DNA of 51,418 bases from Comamonadaceae bacterium (GCA_947454695.1 CANGMW010000001.1:1-51418); one strand, 5' to 3'. Shown: positions 35,909 to 50,210, counted from the first letter of the stretch. Translations and numbers: made by a program. Notes: a model not told the origin generated them from the sequence alone.

Positions 35909-38500
35909 ATGCCCAACACCAAAGCCCTGCGAGACCTGTTTCGCGTTCGCAAGTCAGAATTATTGGGGCCATTGGCCCACAGTGGTTCTTCGCCCCGACA
36001 GGTCCGAACGACGCTGCGAAAACTGGCCCAGCTGGCTGACGATGTGCTTAAAACCCTGTGGCAGCAAGCAGGCTTTGACAAGCCGTTTGCACTGGTCGCC
36101 GTCGGCGGGTTTGGTCGAGGTGAGCTGTTTGCACACTCTGATATCGATGTACTGGTCTTGTTGCCAAACGGCCAATCACCTGACAACAACCCCGAGCTGA
36201 CTGCCCGCATCGAATCCTTCATCACCAGTTGCTGGGACGCGGGCCTGGAGATCGGCTCCAGCGTTCGCACCCTGGACGAATGTCTGGCCGAGGCCGCCAA
36301 AGACGTGACTATTCAGACGGCCTTGATCGAATCGCGTCTGGTCACGGGCAATACCGGGCTTTTTGAGGCGTTTCGCAAAGCGTTTACCCAAGCGATCGAT
36401 CCACGCGCTTTTTTTGTAGCCAAAACGCTGGAGATGAACCAGCGGCACAGCAAATTTGAAGACACGCCCTATTCGCTGGAGCCCAATTGCAAGGAGTCAC
36501 CCGGCGGCCTGCGTGACCTGCAAGTCATTTTGTGGGTGACACAGGCTGCAGGTTACGGCAAGACCTGGGACGATTTGGCGCGTAATGGCCTGGCCACGCC
36601 GTTTGAGGTCAAGCAGCTTAAAAACAACGAAGCGATGTTGCAATACATCCGGCTGCGTCTGCACCTGACCGCCAACCGGCGCGAAGACCGTTTGGTATTT
36701 GACTTGCAAACTGCGGTCGCTGAATCCATGGGCTACACCTCCTCCACGGCGGAATCTGGCAAGCCCCTGGAGCGTGCTAGCGAAGCCTTGATGCGTCGCT
36801 ACTACTGGGCCGCCAAAGCGGTGGTGCAACTCAACCAGATTCTGTTGCTCAACATTGAAGCCCGCATCAATCCACCGGCCAAAGAGCCGCGACCGATCAA
36901 TGCCCGCTTCAGCGACAAAGACGGCTTGATTGAGGTCAATAGCGATGACCTCTACCAACGCGAGCCGCATGCCATTTTGGAAACCTTCTTGGTTTACCAA
37001 ACCACCCACGGCGCCAAGGGCCTGTCTGCGCGGACCCTGCGCGCTTTGTACAACGCGCGCGGACTGATGGATGGCAAGTTCCGCAACGACCCGGTGAACC
37101 GGCAGACCTTTTTGGCCATCCTGCAGCAGCCCGAAGGCATCACCCATGCGATGCGTTTGATGAACCAGACATCCGTTCTGGGACGTTACCTGTGGGCGTT
37201 TCGTCGCATCGTGGGGCAAATGCAGCACGACCTGTTCCATGTGTACACGGTGGACCAGCACATCCTGATGGTGCTGCGCAATGCGCGCCGTTTTTTCATG
37301 GCCGAGCACGCGCATGAGTACCCGTTTTGCTCGCAACTGGCCTCAGGCTGGGACAAGCCTTGGGTCTTGTTCACCGCCGCCTTGTTTCACGACATTGCCA
37401 AAGGCCGTGGCGGCGACCACTCCGAACTGGGCGCGGTGGATGTGCGGCGTTTTTGTCGCCAACACGGCATAGCCAAAGACGATGCACGCTTGATCGAGTT
37501 CGTGGTCAAAGAACATTTGTCGATGAGTCAGATCGCTCAAAAATCGGATTTGAGCGACCCTGACGTGATCCAAGCCTTTGCCAAGCGGGTGGGTAATGAG
37601 AAAAACCTCACCGCCCTGTACTTGTTCACCGTCGCCGACATCCGGGGCACGAGCCCCAAGGTCTGGAATGCGTGGAAAGGCAAGCTGCTAGAGGACCTGT
37701 ACCGGCTCACGCTGCGTTCGCTGGGCGGCTATGTTGCATCCTCCGATGCCGAGCTGGAAATCCGAAAGCGCGAAGCGCTGGTGATTCTGGCCTTGCACAC
37801 CCTGCCCCATGAAGCGCAAAAGCCCTTGTGGGACACACTGGATGTGAGTTATTTCATGCGCCACGATGCCAATGACATCGCCTGGCACACGCGCCACCTC
37901 TCGCGTTTGGTCGGCACACCCGAGGTCATCGTGCGCGCGCGCCGCTCACCGGCAGGCGAAGGCTTGCAGGTCTTGGTCTACACCAAGGACCAGCCCGATT
38001 TGTTTGCCCGCATCTGCGGCTACTTTGACCAAGGTGGCTTCAGTATTTTGGACGCCCGCATCCACACGGCACTCAACGGCTATGCACTGGACACGTTCCA
38101 GGTGGTGACGCCCACCGCCACCGAGCAGTTTCGTGAACTCACCAGCATGGTGGAGTTTGAGCTGGCCCAAGCCATTGCAAAGGCCGACGCCTTGCCCCCT
38201 CCCAGCCGGGGCCGGCTCTCGCGTCGCGTCAAGAGCTTCCCCATCACACCGCATGTGAGCCTCAAGCCCGATGAAAAAGCCCAGCGCTGGCTGCTGAGCA
38301 TTTCTGCCAATGACCAAGTGGGATTGCTGTACAAAGTGGCCCGTGTCTTGGGCCAGCACAAGCTGAATTTGCAATTGGCCAAAATCAACACACTGGGCGA
38401 ACGTGTGGATGACATCTTTCTGGTCGATGGTTCTGCCCTGCAGAACAACCGCGCTCAGATTGAAATCGAAACCGAATTGCTCAAGGTGCTGGCCGCCTGA
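35909..38500 (+). CDS. glnD: Bifunctional [protein-PII] uridylyltransferase / uridylyl-removing enzyme
   Basis: Nucleotidyltransferase motif 'GGFGRGELFAHSDIDVLVL', HD domain 'LFHDIAKGRGGDH' and two C-terminal ACT domains. Start set to ATG 35909 (MPNTKAL...) because the ORF-track start 35789 overlaps map. Confidence 0.93.
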   Translation: MPNTKALRDLFRVRKSELLGPLAHSGSSPRQVRTTLRKLAQLADDVLKTLWQQAGFDKPFALVAVGGFGRGELFAHSDIDVLVLLPNGQSPDNNPELTARIESFITSCWDAGLEIGSSVRTLDECLAEAAKDVTIQTALIESRLVTGNTGLFEAFRKAFTQAIDPRAFFVAKTLEMNQRHSKFEDTPYSLEPNCKESPGGLRDLQVILWVTQAAGYGKTWDDLARNGLATPFEVKQLKNNEAMLQYIRLRLHLTANRREDRLVFDLQTAVAESMGYTSSTAESGKPLERASEALMRRYYWAAKAVVQLNQILLLNIEARINPPAKEPRPINARFSDKDGLIEVNSDDLYQREPHAILETFLVYQTTHGAKGLSARTLRALYNARGLMDGKFRNDPVNRQTFLAILQQPEGITHAMRLMNQTSVLGRYLWAFRRIVGQMQHDLFHVYTVDQHILMVLRNARRFFMAEHAHEYPFCSQLASGWDKPWVLFTAALFHDIAKGRGGDHSELGAVDVRRFCRQHGIAKDDARLIEFVVKEHLSMSQIAQKSDLSDPDVIQAFAKRVGNEKNLTALYLFTVADIRGTSPKVWNAWKGKLLEDLYRLTLRSLGGYVASSDAELEIRKREALVILALHTLPHEAQKPLWDTLDVSYFMRHDANDIAWHTRHLSRLVGTPEVIVRARRSPAGEGLQVLVYTKDQPDLFARICGYFDQGGFSILDARIHTALNGYALDTFQVVTPTATEQFRELTSMVEFELAQAIAKADALPPPSRGRLSRRVKSFPITPHVSLKPDEKAQRWLLSISANDQVGLLYKVARVLGQHKLNLQLAKINTLGERVDDIFLVDGSALQNNRAQIEIETELLKVLAA

Positions 38501-38513
38501 AGCGCCAGCCTGT

Positions 38514-41115
<2,602 letters not shown>

Positions 41116-41120
41116 TCAAC

Positions 41121-42155
41121 TCAGGAAAAAAGACGGCGTGCCAGCGTGGAGCCGGCGGGCATGTCACGCGATTCCAAGGTGTCGTAAAGCCGTTCAAGTT
41201 CAGCGCCAATTTGATCCATGGCGTCATGGTTTAAGGCATGCCCGTCATCATCGGTCACCACACCGTCCATGGTTTGCGCCAAGGACTGTACACACTCACG
41301 CAAGCGCTGGTATGGGCGTTCATCACGTGGCACGTGGGCCACTTCCAGGTTCAAAACCAGCTCGTGGATGGCCGTTTGGTCGGGGTCTTCAGACAAGGCG
41401 GCTTGCGCGTCGTACATCAAACCCAACAGGGAAGGCAAGCCCGGGGTGCTCGAGGGCAACACCATGCGCCCAGGTAAAACACCCGGCACAAAACCCAATC
41501 GGGCTGCATTTTGCTGCACATAGCCTGGACTCCAGGCCGTGTGGCGTGCTTTTAAATTCATCGTGAGTTGGGCGTCGTGATCGCTGGCAAAACCATCGAG
41601 TTCGCGGGCTCGCGCCACTTCATCGCGCATTTCGGGAAAGTCGGGGGTGCCGCCCAGCGCATCGGACAGCGCGTTGGCCTTGACCACAAACTCGGAATAC
41701 TCAATCTCGTTGAGCGGGCCGCTGCGGTTGGCCAACTGCACCCCGGTTTGCAGCATGTCATAGCGCTGGCCTGCCTCGGGGCTTTCCCATTTGCGGGTGT
41801 GGCTGTTGAGCCCCTCCACAGCAAAAGGCTTGCTACCGACCCGACGGGTGCTGGGCATGGCTTGAATCACCGCGTCGCCCGAAACGGGTTCATCCAACAT
41901 GATGGCAGCGATCACATCGATCAGCGAATCCATGAGCGGTTTCTTCTCAAGCGAAGGCGGCAAGATCAAGTCAGGGTCTTGCAAATCCTCAGTAGCCAGG
42001 GCGTGGTCTTGTCCCAGGGAATGCGGCTCAATGCGCGGCTGGCCGGGTTCGGGCTGACGCGGCTGATTACGACGCGAGCTCAGCGTGTTGTAAGTCACCA
42101 CCCCGGCCAACACCAGCCCGCCGGCAATGGCCATTCCAATTTGCAGCGTGCTCAT
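41121..42155 (-). CDS. zipA: Cell division protein ZipA-like
   Basis: A single N-terminal TM helix, a P/Q-rich linker and a globular C-terminal domain. It sits between smc and ligA, the conserved proteobacterial smc-zipA-ligA order. Confidence 0.7.
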   Translation of the reverse strand: MSTLQIGMAIAGGLVLAGVVTYNTLSSRRNQPRQPEPGQPRIEPHSLGQDHALATEDLQDPDLILPPSLEKKPLMDSLIDVIAAIMLDEPVSGDAVIQAMPSTRRVGSKPFAVEGLNSHTRKWESPEAGQRYDMLQTGVQLANRSGPLNEIEYSEFVVKANALSDALGGTPDFPEMRDEVARARELDGFASDHDAQLTMNLKARHTAWSPGYVQQNAARLGFVPGVLPGRMVLPSSTPGLPSLLGLMYDAQAALSEDPDQTAIHELVLNLEVAHVPRDERPYQRLRECVQSLAQTMDGVVTDDDGHALNHDAMDQIGAELERLYDTLESRDMPAGSTLARRLFS

Positions 42156-42162
42156 GGCGACA

Positions 42163-45100
42163 TCAAGCCGCTTCGGCCATAGTCACGGCGGACTCCATGT
42201 CCACCACCACAATGCGCGAGACCCCCTGCTCTTGCATCGTCACACCAATCAACTGCTCGGCCATTTCCATAGCGATCTTGTTGTGGCTGATGAACAGGAA
42301 CTGCGTGCCTTTGCTCATGGCCGCGACCAGCTTGGCATACCGCTCGGTGTTGGCGTCATCCAAGGGCGCGTCGACTTCGTCCAGCAAACAGAAAGGGGCC
42401 GGGTTGAGTTGGAAAATCGCAAACACCAGCGCGATGGCCGTGAGGGCTTTTTCGCCACCGGACAAGAGGTGAATGGTCTGGTTCTTTTTGCCAGGCGGTT
42501 GGGCGTAGACCTGAACACCCGCGTCCAGAATTTCGTCGCCCGTCATCATGAGCTTGGCCTGGCCACCGCCAAAGAGTTCGGGGAACATGCGCCCGAAATG
42601 CTCGTTCACGGTATTGAAAGTGCCGCCCAGCAGCTCACGCGTTTCACCGTCAATTTTGCGGATGGCGTCTTCCAGCGTGGTCATGGCCTCGGTCAAATCA
42701 GCCGACTGGGCATCCAGGAACTGCTTGCGCTCACGCGCTGCGCTGAGCTCTTCAAGCGCGGCCAGGTTCACCGCGCCCAAGGCGGCAATCTCGCGGTTGA
42801 GGCGGTCAATCTCTGATTGCAAGCCGGTGAGGCGGACATGGCCGGCTTCGATCGATTGCGCCACGGCATCCAGATCGGCCTTGGCGTCTTCCAGCAACTG
42901 GCTGTACTGCTCCAGGCCCAGGCGAGCGGCCTGTTCTTTGAGCTGAAACTCGGTGATGCGCTGGCGCAGAGGGTCAAGTTCGCGCTCAAGTTGCAGGCGT
43001 CGCTCATCGCTGGCGCGCAGCTTGTTGGTCAGATCGTCGTATTCGCTGCGGCGCGCACCCAAAATCTGTTCACGCTCCAGCTTCACTGACAGAGCAGATT
43101 GCAAACCGGCTTGCGCAGCAGCGTCCGACAGGCGCGCCAGTTCCTCGCCGGCGCGTTGTTCCTCAGTGGCAATCGAGCTGGCTTGCTGGGTCGCTGTTTC
43201 AATGGTGCGCGACAGTTCAGCTTTGCGGGCGTCCAGTGTTCGCAGTGAGAACGTGGCTTCCTGCGCTTGCCGCTCCAGACCCCGCAATTGCTCGCGGCAG
43301 GCGTTCAGTTTGCGTTCCGCCTCCAAGACGCGCTCGTCGAGCTGGGCGTGACGTTCCTGGCTGTCAGCCAGCTGCATGTCGAGTTCTTCAAAACGCGCTT
43401 CAGCGGCGACACGGCGGCCTTGTAAATCTTCCAGTTGCGCGTCCACTTCCTGCAAGTCACCCGCGAGCTGCTCGCTGCGGGCGCGAGTTTGCTCGGCCAA
43501 CTGGGTCAGACGCAAGGTCTCTACTTGGAGTTCATGCGCACGGCTTTGGCTCTCGGACGCTTCCCGACGCGCCACCACCAAACGCTGCGACGCATCGGCA
43601 TAAGCCGCCTCTGCACGCACCAAGGCGGAGCGGGCCTCTTCGCTGATCAGCGACTGCGCACGCAACTGCTTCTCCAAGTTCTCAATTTCTTGAGCACGGG
43701 CGAGCAAACCGGCTTGTTCGGAATCCTGCGCGTAAAAGCTCACGCTGTGGTGCGTGATGGCGTGCCCCGTTTTAACGAACAAGGTCTCGCCCGGCTGCAG
43801 CTGTTCTCGCAGGCGCATGCCTTCATCAAAGCCAGAAGCCACATAGCAACCCTGCAGCCAATCCACCAACACCGCCCGCAGGCCGGCATCGTTCACGCGC
43901 AGCAAATCAGACAGACGCGACAACGCGCCATTCTTCTCGCTTACGCTGGCCGAGGGCGGGCTGTAGAACGACAGCTTGGCCGGTGGTGCGTCTGCGCTGA
44001 AGGCACTGACCATCTCCAGGCGGCTGACCTCCAGCGCGCCCATGCGCTCGCGCAGGGCAGCTTCCAGTGCGTTTTCCCAACCCTGTTCAATGTGAATCTT
44101 GGTCCAGACGCCTTGCAATTCAGCCAAGCCATGTTTAGCCAGCCAAGGCTGCAATTTGCCATCGGTTTTGACTTTGTCTTGCAAGGCTCTGAGCGCATCG
44201 AGACGGGCGGAAAAGTCAGCCTGTTTGGCCGACTCGTCATTGACAGACTGCTGTTGCTGGCGACGTGCCTCATCGAGTTGGGGCACGCTGTCTTGAAGCT
44301 CATGCAAACGGGCTTCGGCCACCTCATTGGCTTGGGTGGCTTGTGCCAGCTGGGCTTGCAAATTGGCCAGTCGGGCCTCGTCCGGGGCGTTCAGCGCATT
44401 TTGATCGGCACTGAGTCGCTCGCGTCGCAAGTTGAGCTGACGGGACTGCTCTTCGATGTTGCGCTGCTCAGCGGCCAGGACCTGAATCTGTTGTTGAACC
44501 TGCGACACGCTTTGGCGTTGTTCATTGGCCTGGTTTTGCGCCAGTCGAAGCGCATCTTCCAGGTCCGGCAAAGCCATGGACTGCTCTTCCAACTGGGCCG
44601 CCAACAACTGGGTTTGCTCCTCGCCCGTCATCGCCAGTTCGGCCAAACGTTCAATTTCAGCCACTGCGTCGTCTTGTCGAGTTGACCACTGTGCGGCCTG
44701 CTCTTTCAGGGTCTGCAAGCGCTCCTGGACCCGTTGACGGCCTTCGACCACAAAGCGGATTTCGGCTTCAAGACGTCCCACCTCGGTACTGGCTTCGTAC
44801 AGCAAACCTTGAGCCTGATTGACCTGATCACCCGCCACGTAGTGGGCTTGGCGAATCGTCTCCAAGTCTGCCTCGATGTGGCGCAAATCAGCGATGCGCG
44901 ATTCCAACTCGATGACTGATTTCTCGGCGTCCTGCTTGATCTTGCCCTGGTCTGCCAGGGCTTCGGCGCGCTTCAAAAACCAAAGTTGTTGTTGTTTGAG
45001 CGTCACATCGGCTTGCAAACCGTTGTAACGTTGAGCGACCTCGGCCTGGCGCTCGAGCTTTTCCAAATTGGCGTTGAGCTCGCGCAGGATGTCTTCGACC

Positions 45101-45678
45101 CGGGTGAGGTTTTCGCGCGTGTCAGACAGTCGGTTTTCGGTCTCGCGGCGGCGTTCCTTATATTTAGAAACGCCAGCGGCCTCTTCAAGAAACAAGCGCA
45201 GTTCTTCGGGTTTGGACTCGATGATGCGGCTGATGGTGCCTTGGCCGATGATGGCGTAGGCCCGTGGACCCAAACCCGTTCCGAGAAAAACGTCCTGAAC
45301 GTCGCGACGTCGCACGGCTTGGTTGTTGATGTAGTAACTGGAATTGCCGTCACGGGTCAGCACCCGCTTGACCGCGATTTCGGTGAACTGGCTCCATTGG
45401 CCACCGGCGCGGTGGTCGGCATTGTCAAACACCAGTTCCACGCTGGCACGGCTGGCGGCCTTGCGGGTGGTGGTGCCATTGAAAATCACGTCCTGCATGG
45501 ACTCGCCGCGCAACTCGCTGGCGCGGCTTTCGCCCAGTACCCAGCGCACGGCGTCCATGATGTTGGATTTGCCGCAGCCGTTGGGTCCGACCACCCCGAC
45601 CAACTGGCCCGGGAGCATAAAGTTGGTCGGTTCGGCAAACGACTTGAAGCCTGATAACTTGATGGAATTGAGACGCAC
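42163..45678 (-). CDS. smc: Chromosome segregation protein SMC
   Basis: 1171 aa with Walker A 'GPNGCGKSNIMDA', long coiled coils, a hinge, the signature 'LSGGEKALTA' and Walker B 'FCLLDEVDAPLD'. Confidence 0.95.
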   Translation of the reverse strand: MRLNSIKLSGFKSFAEPTNFMLPGQLVGVVGPNGCGKSNIMDAVRWVLGESRASELRGESMQDVIFNGTTTRKAASRASVELVFDNADHRAGGQWSQFTEIAVKRVLTRDGNSSYYINNQAVRRRDVQDVFLGTGLGPRAYAIIGQGTISRIIESKPEELRLFLEEAAGVSKYKERRRETENRLSDTRENLTRVEDILRELNANLEKLERQAEVAQRYNGLQADVTLKQQQLWFLKRAEALADQGKIKQDAEKSVIELESRIADLRHIEADLETIRQAHYVAGDQVNQAQGLLYEASTEVGRLEAEIRFVVEGRQRVQERLQTLKEQAAQWSTRQDDAVAEIERLAELAMTGEEQTQLLAAQLEEQSMALPDLEDALRLAQNQANEQRQSVSQVQQQIQVLAAEQRNIEEQSRQLNLRRERLSADQNALNAPDEARLANLQAQLAQATQANEVAEARLHELQDSVPQLDEARRQQQQSVNDESAKQADFSARLDALRALQDKVKTDGKLQPWLAKHGLAELQGVWTKIHIEQGWENALEAALRERMGALEVSRLEMVSAFSADAPPAKLSFYSPPSASVSEKNGALSRLSDLLRVNDAGLRAVLVDWLQGCYVASGFDEGMRLREQLQPGETLFVKTGHAITHHSVSFYAQDSEQAGLLARAQEIENLEKQLRAQSLISEEARSALVRAEAAYADASQRLVVARREASESQSRAHELQVETLRLTQLAEQTRARSEQLAGDLQEVDAQLEDLQGRRVAAEARFEELDMQLADSQERHAQLDERVLEAERKLNACREQLRGLERQAQEATFSLRTLDARKAELSRTIETATQQASSIATEEQRAGEELARLSDAAAQAGLQSALSVKLEREQILGARRSEYDDLTNKLRASDERRLQLERELDPLRQRITEFQLKEQAARLGLEQYSQLLEDAKADLDAVAQSIEAGHVRLTGLQSEIDRLNREIAALGAVNLAALEELSAARERKQFLDAQSADLTEAMTTLEDAIRKIDGETRELLGGTFNTVNEHFGRMFPELFGGGQAKLMMTGDEILDAGVQVYAQPPGKKNQTIHLLSGGEKALTAIALVFAIFQLNPAPFCLLDEVDAPLDDANTERYAKLVAAMSKGTQFLFISHNKIAMEMAEQLIGVTMQEQGVSRIVVVDMESAVTMAEAA

Positions 45679-45803
45679 GGCGGATTCTGTCTAACTTCGA
45701 AGGGTTGAAGGTTGGATTTTCCCACCTTGGGTGGTGGCTTGGTCCGTCCATGATGATACCTTCTGCGGGTTGGCGGGCAGGCACATACGGGATAATCCTA
45801 TGG

Positions 45804-46994
45804 ATGAACCCCTTGCTCACGAAACTCCAGCCCTACCCCTTTGAGCGGCTCAGGCAGTTGTTTGCCGATGTTGTGCCCAATCCGGCCTACCGGCCCATCA
45901 GTTTGGGCATTGGCGAGCCCAAACACGCCACCCCAGAGCTGATCCGCAACGCCCTGCGCAATCACCTTGACGGACTGGCAGCCTATCCCGGTACCGCCGG
46001 TGAGCCCGTCTTTCGAGAGGCCGTGACGGGCTGGCTGGTGCGCCGCTATGGGCTGCAGCTCAACCCGACCACCCAGGTCTTGCCGGTCAACGGCACCCGG
46101 GAAGCCTTGTTTGCCCTGACCCAATGCGTGGTGGATGCCGCACAACCCGGGGCCTTGGTCCTGTGCCCCAACCCGTTCTACCAAATTTACGAGGGCGCCG
46201 CATTGCTGGCCGGTGCCACGCCGTATTTTGTCAACAGTGACCCGGCTCGCAACTTTGCGGTCGACTGGGACAGCGTGCCCGCCGAGGTCTGGGCCCGCAC
46301 GCAGCTGATCTTTGTCTGCTCGCCCGGCAACCCCACGGGCGCAGTCATGCCCTTGCCCGAGTGGAAAAAACTGTTCGAACTCAGCGACCGCCACGGCTTT
46401 GTCATTGCCTCGGACGAGTGCTACAGCGAAATCTATTTCCGGGACGAGCCCCCCTTGGGCGGCCTGGAGGCCGCCAAACAACTGGGCCGAGACGACTTTA
46501 AAAACCTGATTGCGCTCACCAGCCTGTCCAAGCGCAGCAATGTGCCGGGCATGCGCAGTGGTTTTGTGGCGGGGGACGCCGCGCTCATCAAACAGTTTTT
46601 GCTCTACCGCACCTACCACGGCAGCGCCATGAGCACCGTGGTGCAAGCCGCCAGCGTCGCTGCCTGGAATGACGAGGCGCATGTGATTGACAACCGCAAC
46701 CAGTACCGCACCAAATTTGCCCAGGTCACGCCCGTCTTGGCCGAGGTGCTGGATGTGGCCCTGCCCGACGCGGCTTTTTACCTGTGGGCGGGCGTGAAAG
46801 GCAGTGACACGGATTTCGCAAGGGATTTGTACGCTCTTTACAATGTGACCGTTTTACCCGGCAGTTATCTAGCCCGTGAGGCCCACGGTATCAACCCCGG
46901 TGCCGGGCGCATCCGCATGGCCTTGGTAGCCGAAACCGCCGAATGCCTGGAAGCTGCCCATCGCATCAACCAGTTTGTCAAATCCAGAACCTGA
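45804..46994 (+). CDS. dapC: Succinyldiaminopimelate transaminase
   Basis: '[19 protein letters not shown]', 'PGNPTG' and the PLP lysine in '[14 protein letters not shown]'. It is adjacent to dapD. The ORF-track start 45705 is rejected. Confidence 0.85.
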   Translation: MNPLLTKLQPYPFERLRQLFADVVPNPAYRPISLGIGEPKHATPELIRNALRNHLDGLAAYPGTAGEPVFREAVTGWLVRRYGLQLNPTTQVLPVNGTREALFALTQCVVDAAQPGALVLCPNPFYQIYEGAALLAGATPYFVNSDPARNFAVDWDSVPAEVWARTQLIFVCSPGNPTGAVMPLPEWKKLFELSDRHGFVIASDECYSEIYFRDEPPLGGLEAAKQLGRDDFKNLIALTSLSKRSNVPGMRSGFVAGDAALIKQFLLYRTYHGSAMSTVVQAASVAAWNDEAHVIDNRNQYRTKFAQVTPVLAEVLDVALPDAAFYLWAGVKGSDTDFARDLYALYNVTVLPGSYLAREAHGINPGAGRIRMALVAETAECLEAAHRINQFVKSRT

Positions 46995-47010
46995 AACGCA
47001 AAGAAAAACC

Positions 47011-47835
47011 ATGACCCAAAATCTGCAAAACATCATCGAAGCCGCCTGGGACAACCGCGCCAATATCTCCGTGCAATCCGCACCGGTTGAAGTGGTCAAT
47101 GCGGTCGAGGCCGTGATCACGGAACTCAACAAAGGCCGTCTGCGTGTGGCCACCCGCCAAGGCGTGGGCCAGTGGACGGTGCACCAGTGGATCAAAAAAG
47201 CGGTGCTGTTGTCCTTCCGTCTTAAAGACAACGAGATCATCAAAGCCGGCGATCTGGGCTTTTACGACAAAGTGCAAACCAAGTTCTCGCATCTGAGCCC
47301 CGAGCAAATGAAAGCCAGCGGCGTTCGCGTGGTCCCACCCGCCGTGGCGCGCCGTGGCAGCTACATCGCCAAAGGCGCCATCCTGATGCCCTCCTACGTG
47401 AACATCGGCGCTTATGTGGACGAGAACACCATGGTCGACACCTGGGCCACGGTGGGCTCGTGCGCGCAGATCGGCAAGAACGTGCACCTCTCCGGCGGCG
47501 TGGGCATTGGCGGCGTGCTGGAGCCCGTGCAGGCCGGCCCCACCATCATTGAAGACAACTGTTTCATCGGTGCGCGCTCCGAAGTGGTTGAAGGCGTCGT
47601 CGTCGAAGAAAACTCCGTGCTGTCGATGGGTGTGTACATCGGCCAAAGCACCCCGATTTATGACCGTGCAACCGGCGAAGTGAGCTATGGTCGTGTGCCT
47701 GCGGGCTCGGTGGTCATCAGCGGCACCCTGCCCAAGGACAACGGCAAGTACAGCTTGTATGCCGCCATCATCGTCAAACGGGTAGATGCACAAACCCGTG
47801 CCAAAACCAGTTTGAACGATTTGCTGCGCGACTAA
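47011..47835 (+). CDS. dapD: 2,3,4,5-tetrahydropyridine-2,6-dicarboxylate N-succinyltransferase
   Basis: '[20 protein letters not shown]' and the hexapeptide-repeat left-handed beta-helix region ('[36 protein letters not shown]'). Confidence 0.93.
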   Translation: MTQNLQNIIEAAWDNRANISVQSAPVEVVNAVEAVITELNKGRLRVATRQGVGQWTVHQWIKKAVLLSFRLKDNEIIKAGDLGFYDKVQTKFSHLSPEQMKASGVRVVPPAVARRGSYIAKGAILMPSYVNIGAYVDENTMVDTWATVGSCAQIGKNVHLSGGVGIGGVLEPVQAGPTIIEDNCFIGARSEVVEGVVVEENSVLSMGVYIGQSTPIYDRATGEVSYGRVPAGSVVISGTLPKDNGKYSLYAAIIVKRVDAQTRAKTSLNDLLRD

Positions 47836-47871
47836 AAAAACAACGCGTCAAGTTTTGGGGGGAATTGTCAA

Positions 47872-49017
47872 ATGAGCACCATGAACCGCATCTTGCGTTT
47901 GATGAGCGAAAAAAAGGCCTCGGAGGTTTACCTCTCGGCCAATGCACCCGCGCTCATCCGTATCAACGGTCAATGCGTGCCCATCAACAGCCAGTCTTTA
48001 CCGGAAGACGCCACGCTCAAGCTGCTGGCAGAAATCGTACCCCAAGACAAGCTCGATGAACTGGCGCAAAACGGTGAGCTCAATATGGGCTTTCCCCTCA
48101 AGGATGTTGGCCGGTTTCGCCTGAGCGCGATGCGCCAGCGGGGCACGGTGGCTGCGGTGATTCGCTTCATTGCGCCAGAAGTACCCAAGCTGGCCACCTT
48201 GTCACTGCCTTCCGTTTTGTCGGATCTGATCATGGAAAAGCGGGGGCTGATTCTGATGGTGGGCGCCACCGGCATGGGCAAAAGTACCACCATGGCTTCG
48301 ATGATTGATTACCGTAACGAACATGCCACCGGGCATATTCTCACGATTGAAGACCCCATCGAATACAGCTTCACCAACCGGCGCTCCATCATCAATCAGC
48401 GAGAAATTGGCGCAGACACAGCCACGCTGGAAGTGGCATTGCGCAACGCCATGCGCCAATCACCCGATGTCATCATGATTGGCGAGATTCGTGACCGCCA
48501 AACCATGTCCTCGGCGATCTCTTACGCGCAGTCTGGCCACCTGTGCCTGGCCACGTTGCACGCCAATAACAGTTACCAAGCGCTCAATAGGATCTTGAGT
48601 TTTTACCCGGCCGAAGTGCGTCCGACGTTACTGTCCGATTTAGGTGCAGCCTTGCGTGCTGTCGTCTCGCAACGTTTGCTTCGAACGCTGGGAGGTAGCC
48701 GAACACCCGCCGTAGAAATTTTGCTCAACACCAAACTGGTGACTGAATTGCTTGAAAAAGGCGATTTTTTTGGCGTCAAAGAAGCGATGGAAAAAGCCAT
48801 GGCCGAAGGTTCACAAACCTTTGAGCAAGATATCGCGCGCCTGATCACAGAAAACATCGTCGATCGCAAAGAAGGCCTGGCCAATTCGGACTCCCCCACC
48901 AACCTGATGTGGCGTCTGCAAAACGATTTCAACCAAGCCAGCCAACCCGCTGCGCAAGAAGCTCTGGTGGATGATGAGCCCAGCTTCACAGAAATTTCCC
49001 TGGATGTGAAGCATTAA
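47872..49017 (+). CDS. PilT/PilU-family type IV pilus retraction-type ATPase (PilU-like)
   Basis: Walker A '[10 protein letters not shown]', Asp box 'ILTIEDPIE', Walker B '[11 protein letters not shown]' and His box '[12 protein letters not shown]'. The N-terminus '[18 protein letters not shown]' is PilU-like. Confidence 0.85.
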   Translation: MSTMNRILRLMSEKKASEVYLSANAPALIRINGQCVPINSQSLPEDATLKLLAEIVPQDKLDELAQNGELNMGFPLKDVGRFRLSAMRQRGTVAAVIRFIAPEVPKLATLSLPSVLSDLIMEKRGLILMVGATGMGKSTTMASMIDYRNEHATGHILTIEDPIEYSFTNRRSIINQREIGADTATLEVALRNAMRQSPDVIMIGEIRDRQTMSSAISYAQSGHLCLATLHANNSYQALNRILSFYPAEVRPTLLSDLGAALRAVVSQRLLRTLGGSRTPAVEILLNTKLVTELLEKGDFFGVKEAMEKAMAEGSQTFEQDIARLITENIVDRKEGLANSDSPTNLMWRLQNDFNQASQPAAQEALVDDEPSFTEISLDVKH

Positions 49018-49049
49018 TTTCTGTTGGATTCTTTTTTATAAACCACGAC

Positions 49050-50210
49050 ATGACCCGTACCCTCGCCCTCACCGAAGAACTGATCGCCTTGGCATCCCCT
49101 ACCCCTCAAGATGCAGGCTGCCAGGCCCTGATCGCTTCGCGCTTGGCGCCACTGGGCTTTGTGTGCGAGACCATGCTCAGTGGGCCTGAGAATTTCCGGG
49201 TGAGCAATCTGTGGGCCAAGCGGGTGTCCACCCGCTCGAACGCCAGCCAGCCCGGCAAACTTTTGGTGTTTGCCGGTCACACCGATGTGGTCCCGACCGG
49301 GCCGCTGACGCAATGGACGAGCGACCCATTTGTGCCCACCCACCGGGACGGCAAACTGTATGGCCGGGGCGCCAGCGACATGAAGACCTCATTGGCTGCT
49401 TTTGTGGTGGCCATTGAAGAATTTCTGGCACAGCAACCCGATACCCCCTTGTCCTTGGCCCTGCTGTTGACCAGCGACGAAGAAGGGCCTTCGGTGGATG
49501 GCACGGTCGTGGTGTGTGAGCGCCTCAAAGCACGCGGCGAAGTGCTCGACTTTTGCATTGTTGGCGAACCGACCTCAGTGACGCGCACCGGCGACATGAT
49601 CAAAAATGGCCGGCGCGGCACCATGAGCGGCAAGCTCACGGTTCAAGGCGTGCAAGGCCACATCGCCTACCCGCATCTGGCTAAAAATCCGATTCACCTG
49701 TTCGCACCCGCCATGGCCGAACTCACCGGCATCGTGTGGGATAAGGGCAATGATTTTTTCCCACCCACCACCTGGCAGATCAGCAATATCCACGCGGGAA
49801 CGGGTGCGAGCAATGTCATCCCCGGCCAGCTGATCGTGGATTTTAATTTCCGTTTTTGTACCGAATCCACACCACAAAGCCTGCAACAAACTTTGATCGC
49901 CGTGCTGGAAAAACATGGCCTGACTTACTCCCTGGACTGGGTCATCAACGGCCTGCCCTTTCTCACCACACCGGGCACTTTGGTCAATGCCGTGCGCCAA
50001 GCCATTCGTGACGAAGCGGGCCTGGAAACTGAACTGTCCACCACGGGTGGCACCAGCGACGGACGCTTTATTTCACAGATTTGTCCTGAGGTGATTGAAC
50101 TGGGCCCCCCCAACGCCAGCATCCACAAAATTGATGAGCACATCGCCGTGGCCGATATTGAGCCGCTGAAAAATATTTACCGTCGTGTGATGGAAAACCT
50201 GTGCGCATGA
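49050..50210 (+). CDS. dapE: Succinyl-diaminopimelate desuccinylase
   Basis: M20 peptidase motifs 'FAGHTDVVP', 'GRGASDMK' and 'TSDEEG', plus a dimerisation domain. 386 aa. Confidence 0.9.
   Translation: MTRTLALTEELIALASPTPQDAGCQALIASRLAPLGFVCETMLSGPENFRVSNLWAKRVSTRSNASQPGKLLVFAGHTDVVPTGPLTQWTSDPFVPTHRDGKLYGRGASDMKTSLAAFVVAIEEFLAQQPDTPLSLALLLTSDEEGPSVDGTVVVCERLKARGEVLDFCIVGEPTSVTRTGDMIKNGRRGTMSGKLTVQGVQGHIAYPHLAKNPIHLFAPAMAELTGIVWDKGNDFFPPTTWQISNIHAGTGASNVIPGQLIVDFNFRFCTESTPQSLQQTLIAVLEKHGLTYSLDWVINGLPFLTTPGTLVNAVRQAIRDEAGLETELSTTGGTSDGRFISQICPEVIELGPPNASIHKIDEHIAVADIEPLKNIYRRVMENLCA

Noticed and set aside
45770-45806. A possible leaderless promoter for dapC (TTGGCG-15 nt-GATAAT, with the -10 ending 7 nt before ATG 45804).
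   Set aside because: The 15-nt spacer is short and the -35 is weak, so it rests on a single -10-like hexamer. That is too speculative to list as a feature.
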